A DNA stretch of 64,000 bases from positions 5,394,001 through 5,458,000 of the forward strand of contig NC_087247.1 in NCBI RefSeq assembly GCF_037042905.1, given 5' to 3'. The translations under genes were made by a program, and so were the position numbers. The notes below the pieces were generated by a model. The model had not been told where the DNA came from. It was given only the letters and a program-made list of their open reading frames with translations, and did no database searches. The stretch is from Lytechinus pictus. Taxonomy: Eukaryota. Below are positions 39,388 through 52,868 of the stretch, one piece after another (within the stretch, counting starts at the first letter, position 1; each line of letters opens with the position of its first letter).

Positions 39388-39891
39388 CTTCTGGCAAAAC
39401 TGACAATACTGGCAATGCAAGGATAACGGTAAAATCAGTACGGTGAGGAATCAGTATTGCAATGAATATGATGAAATTCATATTGCTTATAATATAAACA
39501 TATAAAACAACAATTTTGACGAAAATTGTTAATTATGAAACTAATAATGATGATGATAATAACAGTAGCAATAACCACGAGCATTGTAAGACGAATGATA
39601 AGTCATGGACTGCATTTATCAATAATTGACATTATATAAATGTAACTATAAAAAAAAATGACTGCCAATCTATACAATATATACCTCTGAACTTTTGCCA
39701 TATGGCCATTTTATCATTACGATATACAGTTCAAGTTTCTCGCTCTTACCTCTTGATCAAAAAAGGAAACAATAGTGGTATTATTCTCTGTCTTATTGTT
39801 CAAATCTGTCTTCTACTCTGTACGAAATATCCGATTTAAAGCATGATATTTGCCAGTTAAATGGTGAATCCTACTCACTGAAGTCGAAGTG

Positions 39892-39902
39892 CCCTTATAT
39901 AC
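39892..39902 (-). promoter_or_regulatory. Putative TATA box of g5
   Basis: GTATATAAGGG on the minus strand about 143 nt upstream of donor GTAAGA at 39749. Confidence 0.5.
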
Positions 39903-40719
39903 ATATCTCGAAAGGCTTGTTCTTCAATTTACTTATTTTGCTTTATTTCAATAAAAGGTACTAACTCTGTTTCTTAATTATGATTTTTTTAGTCATTCAT
40001 CATTAATTGAGGCCATTTGATTTTTATTTCTATCTATGTTATCATCATATCAGACTTATTTCTTACTACGTTCTCTTAAATATCACATTTCAACCCTTTC
40101 TCAAGTATATTGAAGGCTAAATCGATTAAGCTTGATTATTGTATAAACTGGTATATTAAGAATACACAAAGTTGCATCTGAAAAATAGATATAACTATGC
40201 ATATATCTTTATTGCGCGGATGATTATATACCGTTTTAAATGTCACGCCCTTTATCCCGTTTCTATCACGACAGATGCAGGTTTGTTATCGCTTTGATAC
40301 AGGAAGTCAAGAAAAAGAATGAATGCATCTTATTCAATGTCAATCTGAGATGAGAAATGACGCATCTCTGATATGAAAAAGGTCAATGATGAGACTTTTA
40401 TTAATCAACATAAATTAGGCAGGTGGGATAAAATGTTGCAGAAACTTGCCTGCCAATTTCATTTCCGATGTCTTTCTTTTAACCATTTGTACTCAATTTC
40501 AATATTCGCTAAGGGTTACAGAAAGGCTGATGAATTCGAGGCCTTGGATTTTTTTTCAATATACATGTATACCCAAATTCATGTAAATTACAGTCGCTAG
40601 TTTCCAGATCTTCAAGGAAGTTAAATGTGCTGGTAAATTTGGGGGCTTCGGGATTTTCGATTTTGTGGGACAACTTTTTGGGTTTCATCGCGTTCTGGTA
40701 TACCACTGTAATACGGGTG

Positions 40720-40962
40720 CACTGCAAAAACGCTGGTGTTAATTTAACACCAGCCTGGTATCTAAATCGGTCCACACCAGAGAGGTGTTGAAACAACACC
40801 GATTTGGCGTTAGGCTAAAACTAATTTGGCATTTAAACAGCACCAATAAGTGTAAAACCAATATCTGTTTGATTCTTAACTTGTGTTGTTTCAACGCTTC
40901 TCTGGTATGGACCGATATAGATACCGGGCTGGCGTTTAGTTAACACCGGTGTTTTTGCAGTG
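40720..40962. mobile_element. CACTG-ended palindromic MITE
   Basis: TG|CACTGCAAAAAC.C.GGTGTTAA ... TTAACACCGGTGTTTTTGCAGTG|TG with long imperfect TIRs. Confidence 0.8.
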
Positions 40963-41562
40963 TGACTTATAACTAGATTTCCGTCGTTTTTATCGTCTCC
41001 TGTCTGCCGTTTATTTTACCTTTTTCTTCACCTTCATTTTCTTTTTTTCTACAGACGTAATTACCTTATGATTCGATCAGATTATGTTTCCTATCTCTCA
41101 TTTTCTCTTCAAAATACGAGTACGCACTCCTTTCTATCCGCCTGGAGCCTTCCTTGTATCTCAAATCATCGAATTTTCCATCGGCCTCAAACTAACATTA
41201 ACGAGAGCAAAAACACTCAAAGGCAACTTCAAAGTGTAATGCACCAACTCAAAATCATCGTTATCATTCAAGGTTTAATACAAAGGTTACATAAAAATGT
41301 AATAAGGAATATTATGTAGAGAGAGAGAGAGAAGTTTGATATCTCAAAAATAACGTTACTCTATAGGCAATAGGCCTTACACATTATTCGGATAGTTTTT
41401 ATATCATCCTAAGTATTGTCGATGACTCTTGCAACAGAGATAGTGGTTCGGGTTTAATACGATAATAATCTGTTTTATAATATTCCCAGGCTTCCATAAT
41501 TAGTTACTATTTTTGGGGGGGGTTAAAAATATTTATATCAGTGCAATCAAATGAGTACTTGA

Positions 41563-41720
41563 ACATTTTCATAATTTCATAACGTTGAGATCATGGCCTC
41601 CTTCCATACAGGATGTATACTGGAGATCGCACAGAGTGGTATACGTTCTTCCATCTGACCCGCAGACTTCACTACCCCTTGAGACCCCTTGAGATCTCAA
41701 CCGGACACGGGATACAGATG
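41563..41720 (-). pseudogene. Decayed Kazal-coding segment of g6
   Basis: 10-bp tandem duplication ACCCCTTGAG (41674-41693) shifts the frame. The out-of-frame remainder reads SEVCGSDGRTYTTLCDLQYTSCMEGGHDLNVMKL*KC, with TGA at 41569-41571 where paralogues have the Gly of the terminal G-x-C. Confidence 0.85.
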
Positions 41721-44333
41721 TCAGCATCCTTCGTATCGCACCCTTCCTCACACACTTCTTCAACATGTTCACCATCAGTGGGGTTTCCACCATCCCCGTC
41801 ACCACCACCATTACTACCATCTTCGTCACCATCACCTTCCCCACCACCACCACCACCACCACCATTACCCCCAGCCACACCCTTCCCGCCACCACCACCA
41901 CCACTTTGTTCTGTGGAGCTACCAGTAGGAGAATTGGAAGAGTAGACAACAACTGGAACCAACTTAGGCATGTTAGGGATGAGGTGAACAATGGTTTGAT
42001 GGAAACCTGATGATACTTTCTTATCGCCTCCTTCTTTTCGAGTGCTGCCTCCTGTATCACCCGCATCCTCACCTGCGTACAGGGAGAACAAGGTCGTGAG
42101 ATACGGGCGTTTTAATCACAGGAGGCAGTACCATCCATGAACACACATCAAGACCACAACAATAACAACAACAAACATTTTATTTGGACAACCGAGACAG
42201 GATACAATCTAAAACGGAATCGAATTAACTAATTCGTGTTATATGTTTTATTATTCACGTATAAATTTCAAAACAAAAAAAATCTATAATAAATAAGTAC
42301 AAACAAAATAAATAGTAAACAAAAGTACAAGATGTAGATCAAATGGAATGAACTTAATAAATATCAATTCTCAAGCTATTTATATCACCCAAGTCATTGG
42401 ATTCTATTCCTAGAAGAAATGTGAGTAACGGTTCGAGAGGAACATATAGTAACAATTACTACGGTATAAAATGGAAATGACATTTAAAATATTATTCTTG
42501 ATGTGACATAACTAGACCTGATAATTTCAGCTAAAGTTTTGTCGAAAACCTATAAGAGGACTACCGCTACGTTCAATTTCAAAGAAGGAGAAAGGGAACA
42601 AACAAACAAAAATCCTTAGCCCACTCAAACATACAAGCAAAGTAACATACAAAAGATCAACGAAATATACTCATTGCTCAACCATTTGGGCCACCAATAT
42701 CAATGCAATCAAAATCTATAGCTAGCAATGACTGTCATGGGGAATGAAGATTACCGCGCACCTGACGTGCCCCCAGCATCTCCACCACCATCACCGCCTT
42801 CGCAACCACCTTCACCACAACCACCGTCACCCCCTTCACCACCGCATCCTTCGCCTCCTCCTTCACCTCCCTCGCATCCCTCCCCGCCACCGGATTCGCC
42901 ATCTGTACTCTCTTCACTGCTGGAGCTGCTGCTGCTACCTTCACCACCACTGACACCACCATCGGCACCACCACTGGCACCCTCTCCAGCATCACAACCA
43001 CCACCACCACTGGCGTCTCCACCCTCACATCCTCCGTCACCGCCGCCATCACCGCCGCCGTCACCACCACCACCATCGCCTCCACCGCAGCCGCCTTTTC
43101 CGCATCCGCCATCTCCGCCACCGTCTCCGCCATCTCCGCCACCGTCTCCGCCACCATCGCCTCCACCGCAGCCGCCTTTTCCGCATCCGCCACCGTCACC
43201 ACCTCCATCACCGCAACCATCGGCTCCTGCATCGCAAGTGCCTCCTCCTCCACCTCCCCCTCCTGATGGAATAATAACCAACGTAATAAATAACAAGAAC
43301 GTGGGGGGGGGGCTTGATATCGAGAATTGATGTATATGGGAACCGAAATAGTCATTTCCAATTCATACGTCCTTTTTTCAAATGTTTTAATATAACTTTC
43401 ATGAATTTAGAAATTTTACAAATTTGCTTGGAATGGTAGCGGTTCTTTGTTTTGCTTTATTAGCTATTAAGAGTAATCCGTAAGCATAATGCTGTGCGTG
43501 AATACAGGGGCGGATCCAGGATTTTCCAAAGGGGGAGGGGGCAAATTTTGCGGAGGAAAATTTTGACAAGCCAAAAAAAAAAAGGTTTTCAACCATGAAT
43601 TAAAGACATTTCGTGCCCGAAAAAAGTTGACAAGCAAAAAAAAAGGTCTTTAATTTTAAAGGGGGGGGGGGGACATTTCGGTTTCAATTGTATTTTTACA
43701 TTACAAATTTTAATTTCTCTTCTCAAAGGGGGGCACGTGCCCTATGTGCCCCCCTCTGGATCTGCGCCTGCGTGAATATAAATTTGTCATTTTCGTGTCA
43801 TCTAATGGAACAAACTGTTGGGCATTTAATAGTCGTTCAAATGTCTTTAATATCAAGAAGCATACATTTTCTTAACAACTTTCTCACATAATTATGTTCT
43901 CAATGTTAGGGACACTGCTAAAAACTTACAAAGCCCGAAATATTGTTTTTCTTTTATCACTAATCAATATTTTTGAAAGTCTGGAGGATTATGCTCATTC
44001 AAATATTTAATTGTTAGAAAGAGGATTTCGGAAAAAAATAAAAACAGACATTGACTGTCGGCTTGTTTATAGATCCAATATAATCTGTCAAATATTATTT
44101 GCATTTTACAAATTCTAAATCTACAAGAAATTCCATAGCAAGGCAAAAGTGAACATGCTGGAAATAAAAAGAAAATGATTCATCATTTTGACATCAAACA
44201 TAATGAGTGGTAGCTGAAATATATATATGTATATAAAACAAAAAATCTTACGCTTTTCTCTTGGAGCTCCTTCAGTTACCCTACACAAGAGGAAGAAACA
44301 GACAAGGAGTGCCAATCCGGTGACAGTCTTCAT
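41672..44333 (-). CDS. g6: secreted Gly/Asp/Cys-rich acidic protein, Kazal domain truncated by frameshift (~327 aa; may be a pseudogene)
   Basis: Exons 44333-44252 (MKTVTGLALLVCFFLLCRVTEGAPREK), 43262-42762 (RGGGGGGGTCDAGADGC...SSSSSSSEES..., donor GTGCGC) and 42072-41672 (ends DICIPCPVEISRGLKG*). Confidence 0.75.
43505..43770. mobile_element. CAGGGGCGGATCC-type short element in g6 intron
   Basis: CAGGGGCGGATCCAG ... CTGGATCTGCGCCTG with 8-bp TSD CGTGAATA (43497-43504, 43771-43778). Confidence 0.8.
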
Positions 44334-44909
44334 TATGATGGCTTCTGAAAATATAATATTTATTTCATTCACCTTATATTTTCAAATTACAGCAAAATAT
44401 AACAAACATACAACGCAAACTAATTCGAAATATATAATATGCGGTAATGAGTAAATGTAAATAAAATGGCATACAAATTTCAATAACATGAAATTAAAGG
44501 CAATGGTAAAAAGCTGATTTTGTACACTGCATTCCCACCTAATCACTTGTGGACAAACAGTTATCAATGGTTGAAATTTGTGGAGCTGACGTTTTATGAT
44601 ATGCGATGTATTGCAGGAACTCTTAATATAAAAACAAATGATTTATGTAAATCATGTTTTTCATAGTTTCTTTTGCGAAAAATTAACAGGAAATCTTGTA
44701 AGTATTTTTCATAATCCAGCAACACTTTTCTTCAACAGGATTCACTTTAAATCAAAACATTTTATGTAGTAGAAATTCAATACCAAATGTTACCAAGTAG
44801 ATTATACTCACAGCTTATAATCTTGTAGCCAGGAAAGAATATGTGCAAATGTTTCTTTGATTACTCTGCTTGGGAGAGTGAGTAGTGAGTTCGAATAAAA
44901 TTCTCCTTC

Positions 44910-44919
44910 CTATTTATAC
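44910..44919 (-). promoter_or_regulatory. Putative TATA box of g6
   Basis: GTATAAATAG on the minus strand about 100 nt upstream of donor GTGAGT at 44811. Confidence 0.6.
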
Positions 44920-45608
44920 TTGATTTTAAACTCCATGACCGATGATGCCAATGGGTGGGCCATCTTCACTCGACATTGGGCGGGCACGAGATGCTCAGGG
45001 TATCTTGGGATAATCTTCAAAAATAGGAAATAAATAATTACGACGTCCATGGGCCCTGACGATATACATATTTGTCTATCTACATATTATAGGTATAGAA
45101 ACTAATAAATATATCAATCGTTGCTTTGACAATGACCATGATTTAACATGTAAGCGCCGGTCAAGAAAAGGGATAAACGTTGTTTGATATCACATCTTGT
45201 ACTGTACGAGACCACACCCTCTCTAAACTGACACATCTGTTAGACAGTATAAACTGCAACACGTGGGAAGATAATAGGCGAAATACAGAGATTTACGTCA
45301 GAGCTACAATGTTATCATTTTCAATATCATTGTTTCCGAGAATTCATGAATGACACATATTGATATGAGCATCGGGCCGGATTAAATGTTTTTTTTTACA
45401 ATAAATATTTTGTGATTTTTATCAAATGTATTATTGTTATTTTATTAAAAAGTACAAACTTGTACAGGGGCGGATCCAGCCTTCGCCAATAGGGGGGGCC
45501 GGAATTTTGTCAGCCATATTTTCCCCGATCGGCCGCTCGAAGATGATTTTTTTGTTTCTTTCTTTGAAGGGGGTAGTCCTATAAGTCACTTCTTAGCTTT
45601 ATTCTATA

Positions 45609-47696
45609 CACAACAAAAAAAGTAAGTCCCCCCTTGAACAAACATAAATAATTTCCGAACCAATGCGAGTTTTTGATATATTTTTACATGAGCGTGTAGG
45701 TAATTTTATAAGCTACCATCTGAGTAAATGTTATGGACGTATTTTACGTCATGCTTCAGTGAGCACCATCAGAAGGCAAAAATGTCACTTTTCAAAAGTC
45801 ACAAGCCAAATATCATGACTTTGATTCCATTTTATTGGAACTGATTCCATATTCTCATCATGAAAAATAGTCAAAAGGCTTGTAAAAGGCACTTTCTAAA
45901 AGACGATGCAGCTTTTTTGGTTAAATTTCACGGTTGAATAAACACAAGTCCAAATTTGCTATAATTGGATTTTTTACGCATTTTTATCATTAAAAATGAT
46001 AGAATATGATGACAGTTATTTTGGGGAAGAGTATCTTCAACAATATTCATCGTTTCACGGTTCAATGAACATATATTGAAAACAAAAAATACGATTTTCA
46101 AATATCATAGGCAAGAATTGTTTCATTTTGGTTACTGAAACTGATCTTTTATCAACTTTGTCGTTATGTTCATGACCAATTAATATGTTTTAATGATTCA
46201 AAGGCGTTTACTTAAATATTCACGCTTGAATGAACATGTGGAATGTGATTAGCTCTTTGTTACGTTATTGGAAAAAATGCAATTTGTAACTATGGATATC
46301 TGTCACAAGCCTCCTTGCATGGTTCATTTGATTTTATTTTTATGAAAATCCCGATGTTTAATGCATCAGTGAGCACACAATATTCGAAAATTATGCAAAT
46401 GAGAAGAAAGTTCAAGGCCTTGGCCCCACTCTGTGCCGTATTGAATTGCTATTTTGATATGCGCGCCTTTTGGATAGTGTTACTCTGAAGCCATGTGCGA
46501 AGTTTCATGAAATAACCGTTGGCAGAAGTTACAAAAATCGTCCATGAAACAAACCCTTATTTCATATTTGTTGAAATTTTGACTTCCTCTCTCATAGACT
46601 TGTGTACATTATGGGTGTTTATGTTTAAGAACAAGTAACCCCTTATTCAATATGGTGGAACTTTTTTTCAAGGCTGTCTTTAGCAATGTCATTTGGCAGT
46701 AATGTTTATCAACCTATGGGCAGAATTCTGTGCAAAAATGAAATCGATTTGTTTATTTATGGATGAGTGAGCACGCATCAAAGTGGGAAAATGGGTATTT
46801 TCAATGTCACAGACTCATTTTAAAGGGTAATAGGTGAATAGTGAGGGCAAATTCGGTCTCAAATGTGACTTTAATTGCTGTTGTTTTTATCATCCATCAT
46901 TTCTATCACCACACACTTTCCGAACTTTTAACATTTTCATGGTTGAGCGAGCACATTCGAAAAGAATGAATACTCTTTATACTGCATAAATGTATTCTTT
47001 TCCTTACAATTTCTCATGATCAGTTTGATTTATGGACAAATCAGGGGTGGATCCAAAATAAAAAAATGGGGAGGGGCCTATAATCGGGGGAGCTACCAAC
47101 ATTTTCAAATTTTAATATGACCTATCAAGTTGTAGAGGATACTACCGAAACCCCCTATGATGATACGTCACAATACAGGGGCCGCGGAACGGTTTTCAAA
47201 GTGTGGGGGGGGGGGCTTAGCCAAAAGTGGGGAGGGTGGCTGACCATGCAAAAAAATTACAATCGTATGGTCATATTTACATTGTTGTACATGCTTTTGG
47301 AAAAAAGTGGGGGACCCCAGCCCCCCCCCCCCCCGCTTCTGCGGCCCCTGCAATATTGTGCTCTTTCAACCATGAACATACGATATCAAAATTGTGTGTG
47401 GAGTGGCTAAATGATGGATAGTAAAACAGCATTAACATCATAAAATTCACCTAACAACATTTTTTGCCCAACTTTGTATTTGCCCAATCTGAAAAACGAC
47501 TCTTGTGACTTTCAAAAATGGTCATTTTTAATTCAATCTTTAATTACTCATGCATGACTCAACCGATCAATCTCATTTTTCCCTAGGAGTTGCTTAATGA
47601 GTGTAGAAAACCACCAACGAAATATCATATCTCAAAATAATTCCGTTCAAAAGTTACAGCAATTTGATTTAGGGGGGACTTACTTTTTTTGTTGTG
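45609..47696. mobile_element. TA-targeted TIR element (Tc1/mariner-like) nested in 45465-49592
   Basis: TA|CACAACAAAAAAAGTAAGTCCCCCCT ... AGGGGGGACTTACTTTTTTTGTTGTG|TA, 26-bp perfect TIR; no transposase ORF. Confidence 0.85.
47176..47350. mobile_element. Short CAGGGGCCGCGGAA element (third nesting level)
   Basis: CAGGGGCCGCGGAA ... TTCTGCGGCCCCTG with CAATA/CAATA TSD; partial second copy at 2515-2620. Confidence 0.8.
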
Positions 47697-47739
47697 TATA
47701 TAAATCAACATAAATACATTATATCATAATCCTTATTTT

Positions 47740-49420
47740 ATAATGCAAGCGCGAAGCGAGAGCTAATTTTTTTTTGAAATTGTATGTATTTTTCCTAAAA
47801 TTTGAACATTCTTGGCAAAGTTTTTATCCTGGAAAAGATGTGCCTGCAACTGAATAATTACTGAGAACGCGAAGCGCGAGCAGAAATTTTTGATACACGT
47901 TTTGAACTGATCGAAAAGGTAGGCCTGCCTGATAAAGACTGCTTGCAGTTAGCCATGAAGACGTTACATATTTCTACAATCAAATAATGCGAGCGCGGAT
48001 CGCGAGCGGAAAAATTCGAGATTTAGACCTAGAACGGGACACTCTATTCATGTTTTGTAAATCATGAAAAGGATGAGTAAGAGGGGATCTTCCTATATTA
48101 ATAATGCGAGCGCAAAACGCGAGCAGAAAATGTTTGTATTCGTTTTGAACTGATTGAAAAAGTGCCTTTTAAGGACTGCTTGCACCTAGCCATGCAAACG
48201 TTACATATTTTAACAATCAAATAATGCGAGCACGAAGTGCGAGCTGAAAATTTTTGAAATTTCTACATAAAGAATGGAAAATTTTAATCATTTTTTGTAA
48301 TCGTGAACAGGATAGCTATATAACTTAACAATTGATGCGAGCGCGAAGCACGAGCAGAAAAATTCGAGATTTAGTCCTAGAACGGGACACTCTATTCATG
48401 TTTTGTAAATCATGAAAAGGATGAGAAAGAGGGGATCTTCCTACATTAATAATTCGAGCACAAAGGGCGAGCAGAAAATTTTTGATATTGTGATCTGAAA
48501 CTGGATAACTGAATGAACATGCGCGTGCGTGTTTCAGATTTAGACCTAGAATCTAGGCATTCTAAATACATCTTTTATTATTAAAATAAAAGCGAGCGCA
48601 AAGCGCGAGCTTAAAATATTGATATTCCGATCTGAAAAGGGGGTCATTTTCAGCTTTATATTTCAAGCACTTTGTAGGAAAACTGCAAGGTGGATATAAA
48701 TCGCACTTAATAAAGAGCTGATATTTTTCATTATTATTACTTTGAGACATAGGACCGGGACATCCTTAGGACATGTTATCATATGAATATGATGACTATC
48801 TTTCTATTCCTCTTGCTAAGCGCGAGATTAAACAAAAGGGACAATTTAATTATTAATGGATATCTTATTTATTAATGCATAATGAAGGCGCGGAATCTGA
48901 TGATATTATGGCCTGAACACTACATTTCAAGTACTTGTATTATTATGAATAGGATGCATCAGTAATCAGTTGATATGTTTTTAACCATTAATGCGAGCGC
49001 AAATCGCGAGCCTAAATTTTTGATTAACTGTCATGAAAAGGGGATTTTAAGTAGTTTGTTATATAATCAATATTGAGACATACATAACCCGCCAATAAAA
49101 ATGCAAGCAAGGCAGCGCTAGCTGATACGTTTTGACAATCAGACCTGAAAAGGGATATTATTTGAAAATAATAGGTACCTGATAAATCAAAATTCGCGAG
49201 CGCGTAGCGCGAGCAGAAAATGATATTCAGACCATAAAACTAGCATTTTTACAGAGCATTTAAAAAAAATCAATTTGTAAATCAAACAAAATAATGATAG
49301 TTCGATTTCCGAGGAGAAATATGTTTTGTATATTGACTTCCAAACTTGATATTTAATCTACATGTTGAACAAGATATGTGAATCACCTAACAGGCAATGC
49401 GAGCGCGAAGCGCGAGCGAA
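47740..49420 (+). repeat. ~115-120-bp diverged tandem array with GCGAGCGCGAAGCGCGAGC core
   Basis: Core recurs near 47746, 47868, 47988, 48105, 48225, 48337, 48455, 48592, 48993, 49103, 49196 and 49398; 48011-48105 is nearly identical to 48360-48455. Confidence 0.85.
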
Positions 49421-51444
49421 AATTTTATATAGTGACATGAAAGATTTTATTTTATTCACTCGTCTTCCTCCTCTTCTTTTTTCTCCTTCCTTTTCCTTCC
49501 TTTTTTCTTTCTTTCTTTCCTTTTTTTTTTTTTTTTTGCTCCACCAATAGGGTGGGGGGCGGGCCCCTCGGGCCCCCCTTGATCCGCCTTTGCTTGTACA
49601 TCGAATCAATAGGATTGTCTGTTAATGTTCCTTCTTCTTGAAAAGTTGTAATTAGCGGATTAGCAGTGCATGCATTCAATTGCGTAGAAGGTCAATAATT
49701 GTATCAATATACCTACAGGATTTGTCTAGAACATGTTCATGATATAATGAAACATCGTAGTTGTCTATCTAATAAATTAATTATGGGACCCATGGGATTG
49801 TTGACTATGCTACCATACCTAAACAACTCTGAAACTTGAATTCAATGTGAGTTGCGAAACGAGCCAAAGGTTTAAACTCCAGACGTGGCGCGTGGGACAA
49901 ATTTTCTATTAAAAAACACGAGCTAGCAAAACATGTTATTTTTCATACTGCAAATCTTATTTTGGAATAGATTTTGACATTTCATGAAAAATCGTATCAT
50001 ATTTCACTCTTTTTCCTTTCGTTTTTCACTCTTTTTTATATGATTTAACTTGGTCGTTGAAATTGTCTGTCCCCTCCCAACATTTGTAAGTCTCCAAGGC
50101 ATTAAATGATAGGCATTACTATTTTTGAAGCCAAATGGATTATCGCATTGTAATAATATAATTATACATATCCCAATCAATCACATGAGACTATAATCTA
50201 CAAGGCTTCTTTCTTCTTTAGGCCTCCATTTCTTCTCCTTTACTATTTTTTGTTCTGAACTGCATCGGGATGTTCCTTTATTCCATGTGCATAAATTAGT
50301 TGGTTCCTGAATATCGTAGTAACTATGTCTTTTAATTTATAGTTGCATTCAGTGGTGTTGGAATGTTTAAATGTGTCAAAAATCTCGTAGGATGGCCCAT
50401 TTTCAACAGTAGGATGAGCCACTCTCAACACACAATGTTTCGCCCTTCAAAACCTATGTCAGATTTAAACGTTTGCCTTAATTTGTATACATGTATTTGC
50501 ATTGTACTGTTAGTACATGTACAATTTCACTTGAGGTGAAAATGTGGAACGAAAGTTTGTAAGCTTATTTCAAATCATAAATCCACTAGTTGGGCCAGAT
50601 AACTCAAGCTGACTTTAGAAAAGTAGATGCAGTATCCACCTTGTAAATCATCGGGGTAGAGAAAGGAAATTCAATAAAAGGGAGAGGGGGGGGGCTGGGC
50701 GAAGAAAAGGTACTCAGCTTGCCCTTCTCTAGTGCTATTTGTAAAGTTTATGTTTCTCGCATATCTCACATTTTCTTTGTCATTCTCCAGCATGTTCCCA
50801 ATTTATATCTCTCGCTATTCTTTAGCTATCACGATGGTATGCAAATGAGGAACTGATGACGTCACATAGTCATTATTTTTGTATCTTATTTTATGAATTT
50901 CATTTTCCCTCCTACATGTAAAACACATAATGTTGAACTTGGTTTGACCATATCGTACCGTTAACATGTTGAACCTGCAGATTTGCGACATTTTAAAAGT
51001 TTATTTCAATCAAGTGCTTTCTTAGTTATCAAGTATATAAAAATTTAAATATATCATGTCATATAACACAATACAAAATAAATAGTGCGTTGCTGCATCT
51101 CCTCCCTATGTTTGATGTTTCCAATTTCCGACATGTAACTTTTTAGTGAAATAAAGCGAATTCGAGAGACTATTAACATACAACGTTAATTATTGCACAT
51201 CCAATATACATTAAATCTCAGTTTTGTGCTTGTTAGATTGATATTTTGCTTTTGAATTAAAACAACTTGTTTTGGGGTTAAACTTGACCTTAACCCCCAC
51301 TCTGTCTTTTTCCTTTACTCTCTCTCTCTCTCTCCTTTCATCATCCCTCTCGTTCTCCTCTTTTTGAAACTTCCTGTTTTGCACCATGCATCCGTGGAAG
51401 GACCACATTCTTTCTATTATATTTGACTCAAACTCACATTCTTT

Positions 51445-51478
<34 letters not shown>

Positions 51479-52672
51479 CCCCATTCTTCATTATGTCTTC
51501 AAAGTCATCTCCAATGTTCACTCTCGTTAATTCGTTTTTCTTCTATTCCCCTCTATACTTGTCTTTCATTTTACCCTCTCCCATGTTTTGTAGCTGTAAC
51601 CATTATGTATTCCATATTCTAGATTTTCCAACTCGTAATTATCTTTTAAAATACAATATTTTAAAAAAATTGCAAAACACGAAACATAGATTTTTCTGTC
51701 ATTTAATTGTTACGTATTAGCATTACAAGTCAATGACGAATAAATAAAAATAAAACATAAATAATAAAATAAAGGAATGTAAAAGACAAAATCATGGCCT
51801 GAAACGTAAACATGCTAAAAAATAACGAAGAATAAATAATGTCTCCTAATAACCATTTGCATCTGTCATAATGTAGAACTCTGGATTGTTGAGAATCTAT
51901 AATTGAATTGAGTCTTATTGGCCTTCTATTCGAATCACTTTCCCTGTTTAAACACGCATCCAATGAACACCATTTTCAATAAATAATGATAACTGTCATC
52001 ACGGTACAATGAAATAAATCAATTAACCTAACGAAATTCATAAGCCGATTGTCACAGTCATTAATATGGGATGTCAGACCGTCTGTTCAGGTGCATATCC
52101 TTGAAAATAGAATCTGTAAAAAAAGAAGTAAAGAAAACCAAAATTGATTTAGCCTACATCAAAGTTTATAGACACGGTCTATGCAAATTGGCAAAATGAC
52201 ACAGCACAGTGTATTGTTAAGATGAACTGCAAAAGTGAGAAATTAAAGTGATGGAAAGCTTCCCCGAGTCAGAAGGCATTTTGTTTTCATTTAAACACAC
52301 GGGGAACACAAAAACTTTGTAATCCATCAGCTACAAGGAAGTGTCCATTAATTTTGCTCACGAGCAGTTCAACAAAATACTCATATATGAGCGAAATAAC
52401 AAAACCCTGAAAAGCGACGAGAACTTCATTGAAGAATAAACTAGTTTGAATGATCACACTTTGCTACGAATGTGCTAAGTTTCGTGTACATCGTGTTACG
52501 TCACACCCACACCAACAGAACCCGACTCCAAATCCATATGCCATTGACAATAATGTAAAACTTGTTACCTGACTGGAGTATACTTGGTTAGTATGACTGC
52601 TGCATAATGTTGTTGTTTCACTACTATTTTCATTCAGAAATTTGTCAAAAATCTTAATATCAAATATTGGTG

Positions 52673-52868
52673 CACTCTATACAAAGGTTTACCAAATATT
52701 GGGTAAAAGGGGAACATGCATGTTGATTTGGTAAAAATATATTTTGTAAATTTTACGCAACGTTGCGTTGAAATAGCCCAATATGGGGTAAACAAAAATA
52801 CCCAGCAAACATGCATGTTCCCTTTCTACCCAATATTGGGTGAAATTTTACTCAGTGTTTTTAGAATG
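52673..52868. mobile_element. CACT-ended palindromic MITE in g7 3'UTR intron
   Basis: Inverted arms AATATTGGGTA.AAGGG.AACATGCATGTT; TG/TG flanks. Confidence 0.65.

Larger units (their letters stand above)
45465..49592. mobile_element. Large CAGGGGCGGATC-type non-autonomous element with internal tandem array
   Basis: CAGGGGCGGATC ... GATCCGCCTTTG, 6-bp TSD CTTGTA, subterminal direct repeat CCAATAGGG(G/T)GGGG near both ends. Confidence 0.75.

Noticed and set aside
47740-49420. CRISPR-like repeat-spacer appearance
   Set aside because: Eukaryotic context, degenerate cores, mutually related spacers, no cas genes, and it lies inside a TSD-flanked element.
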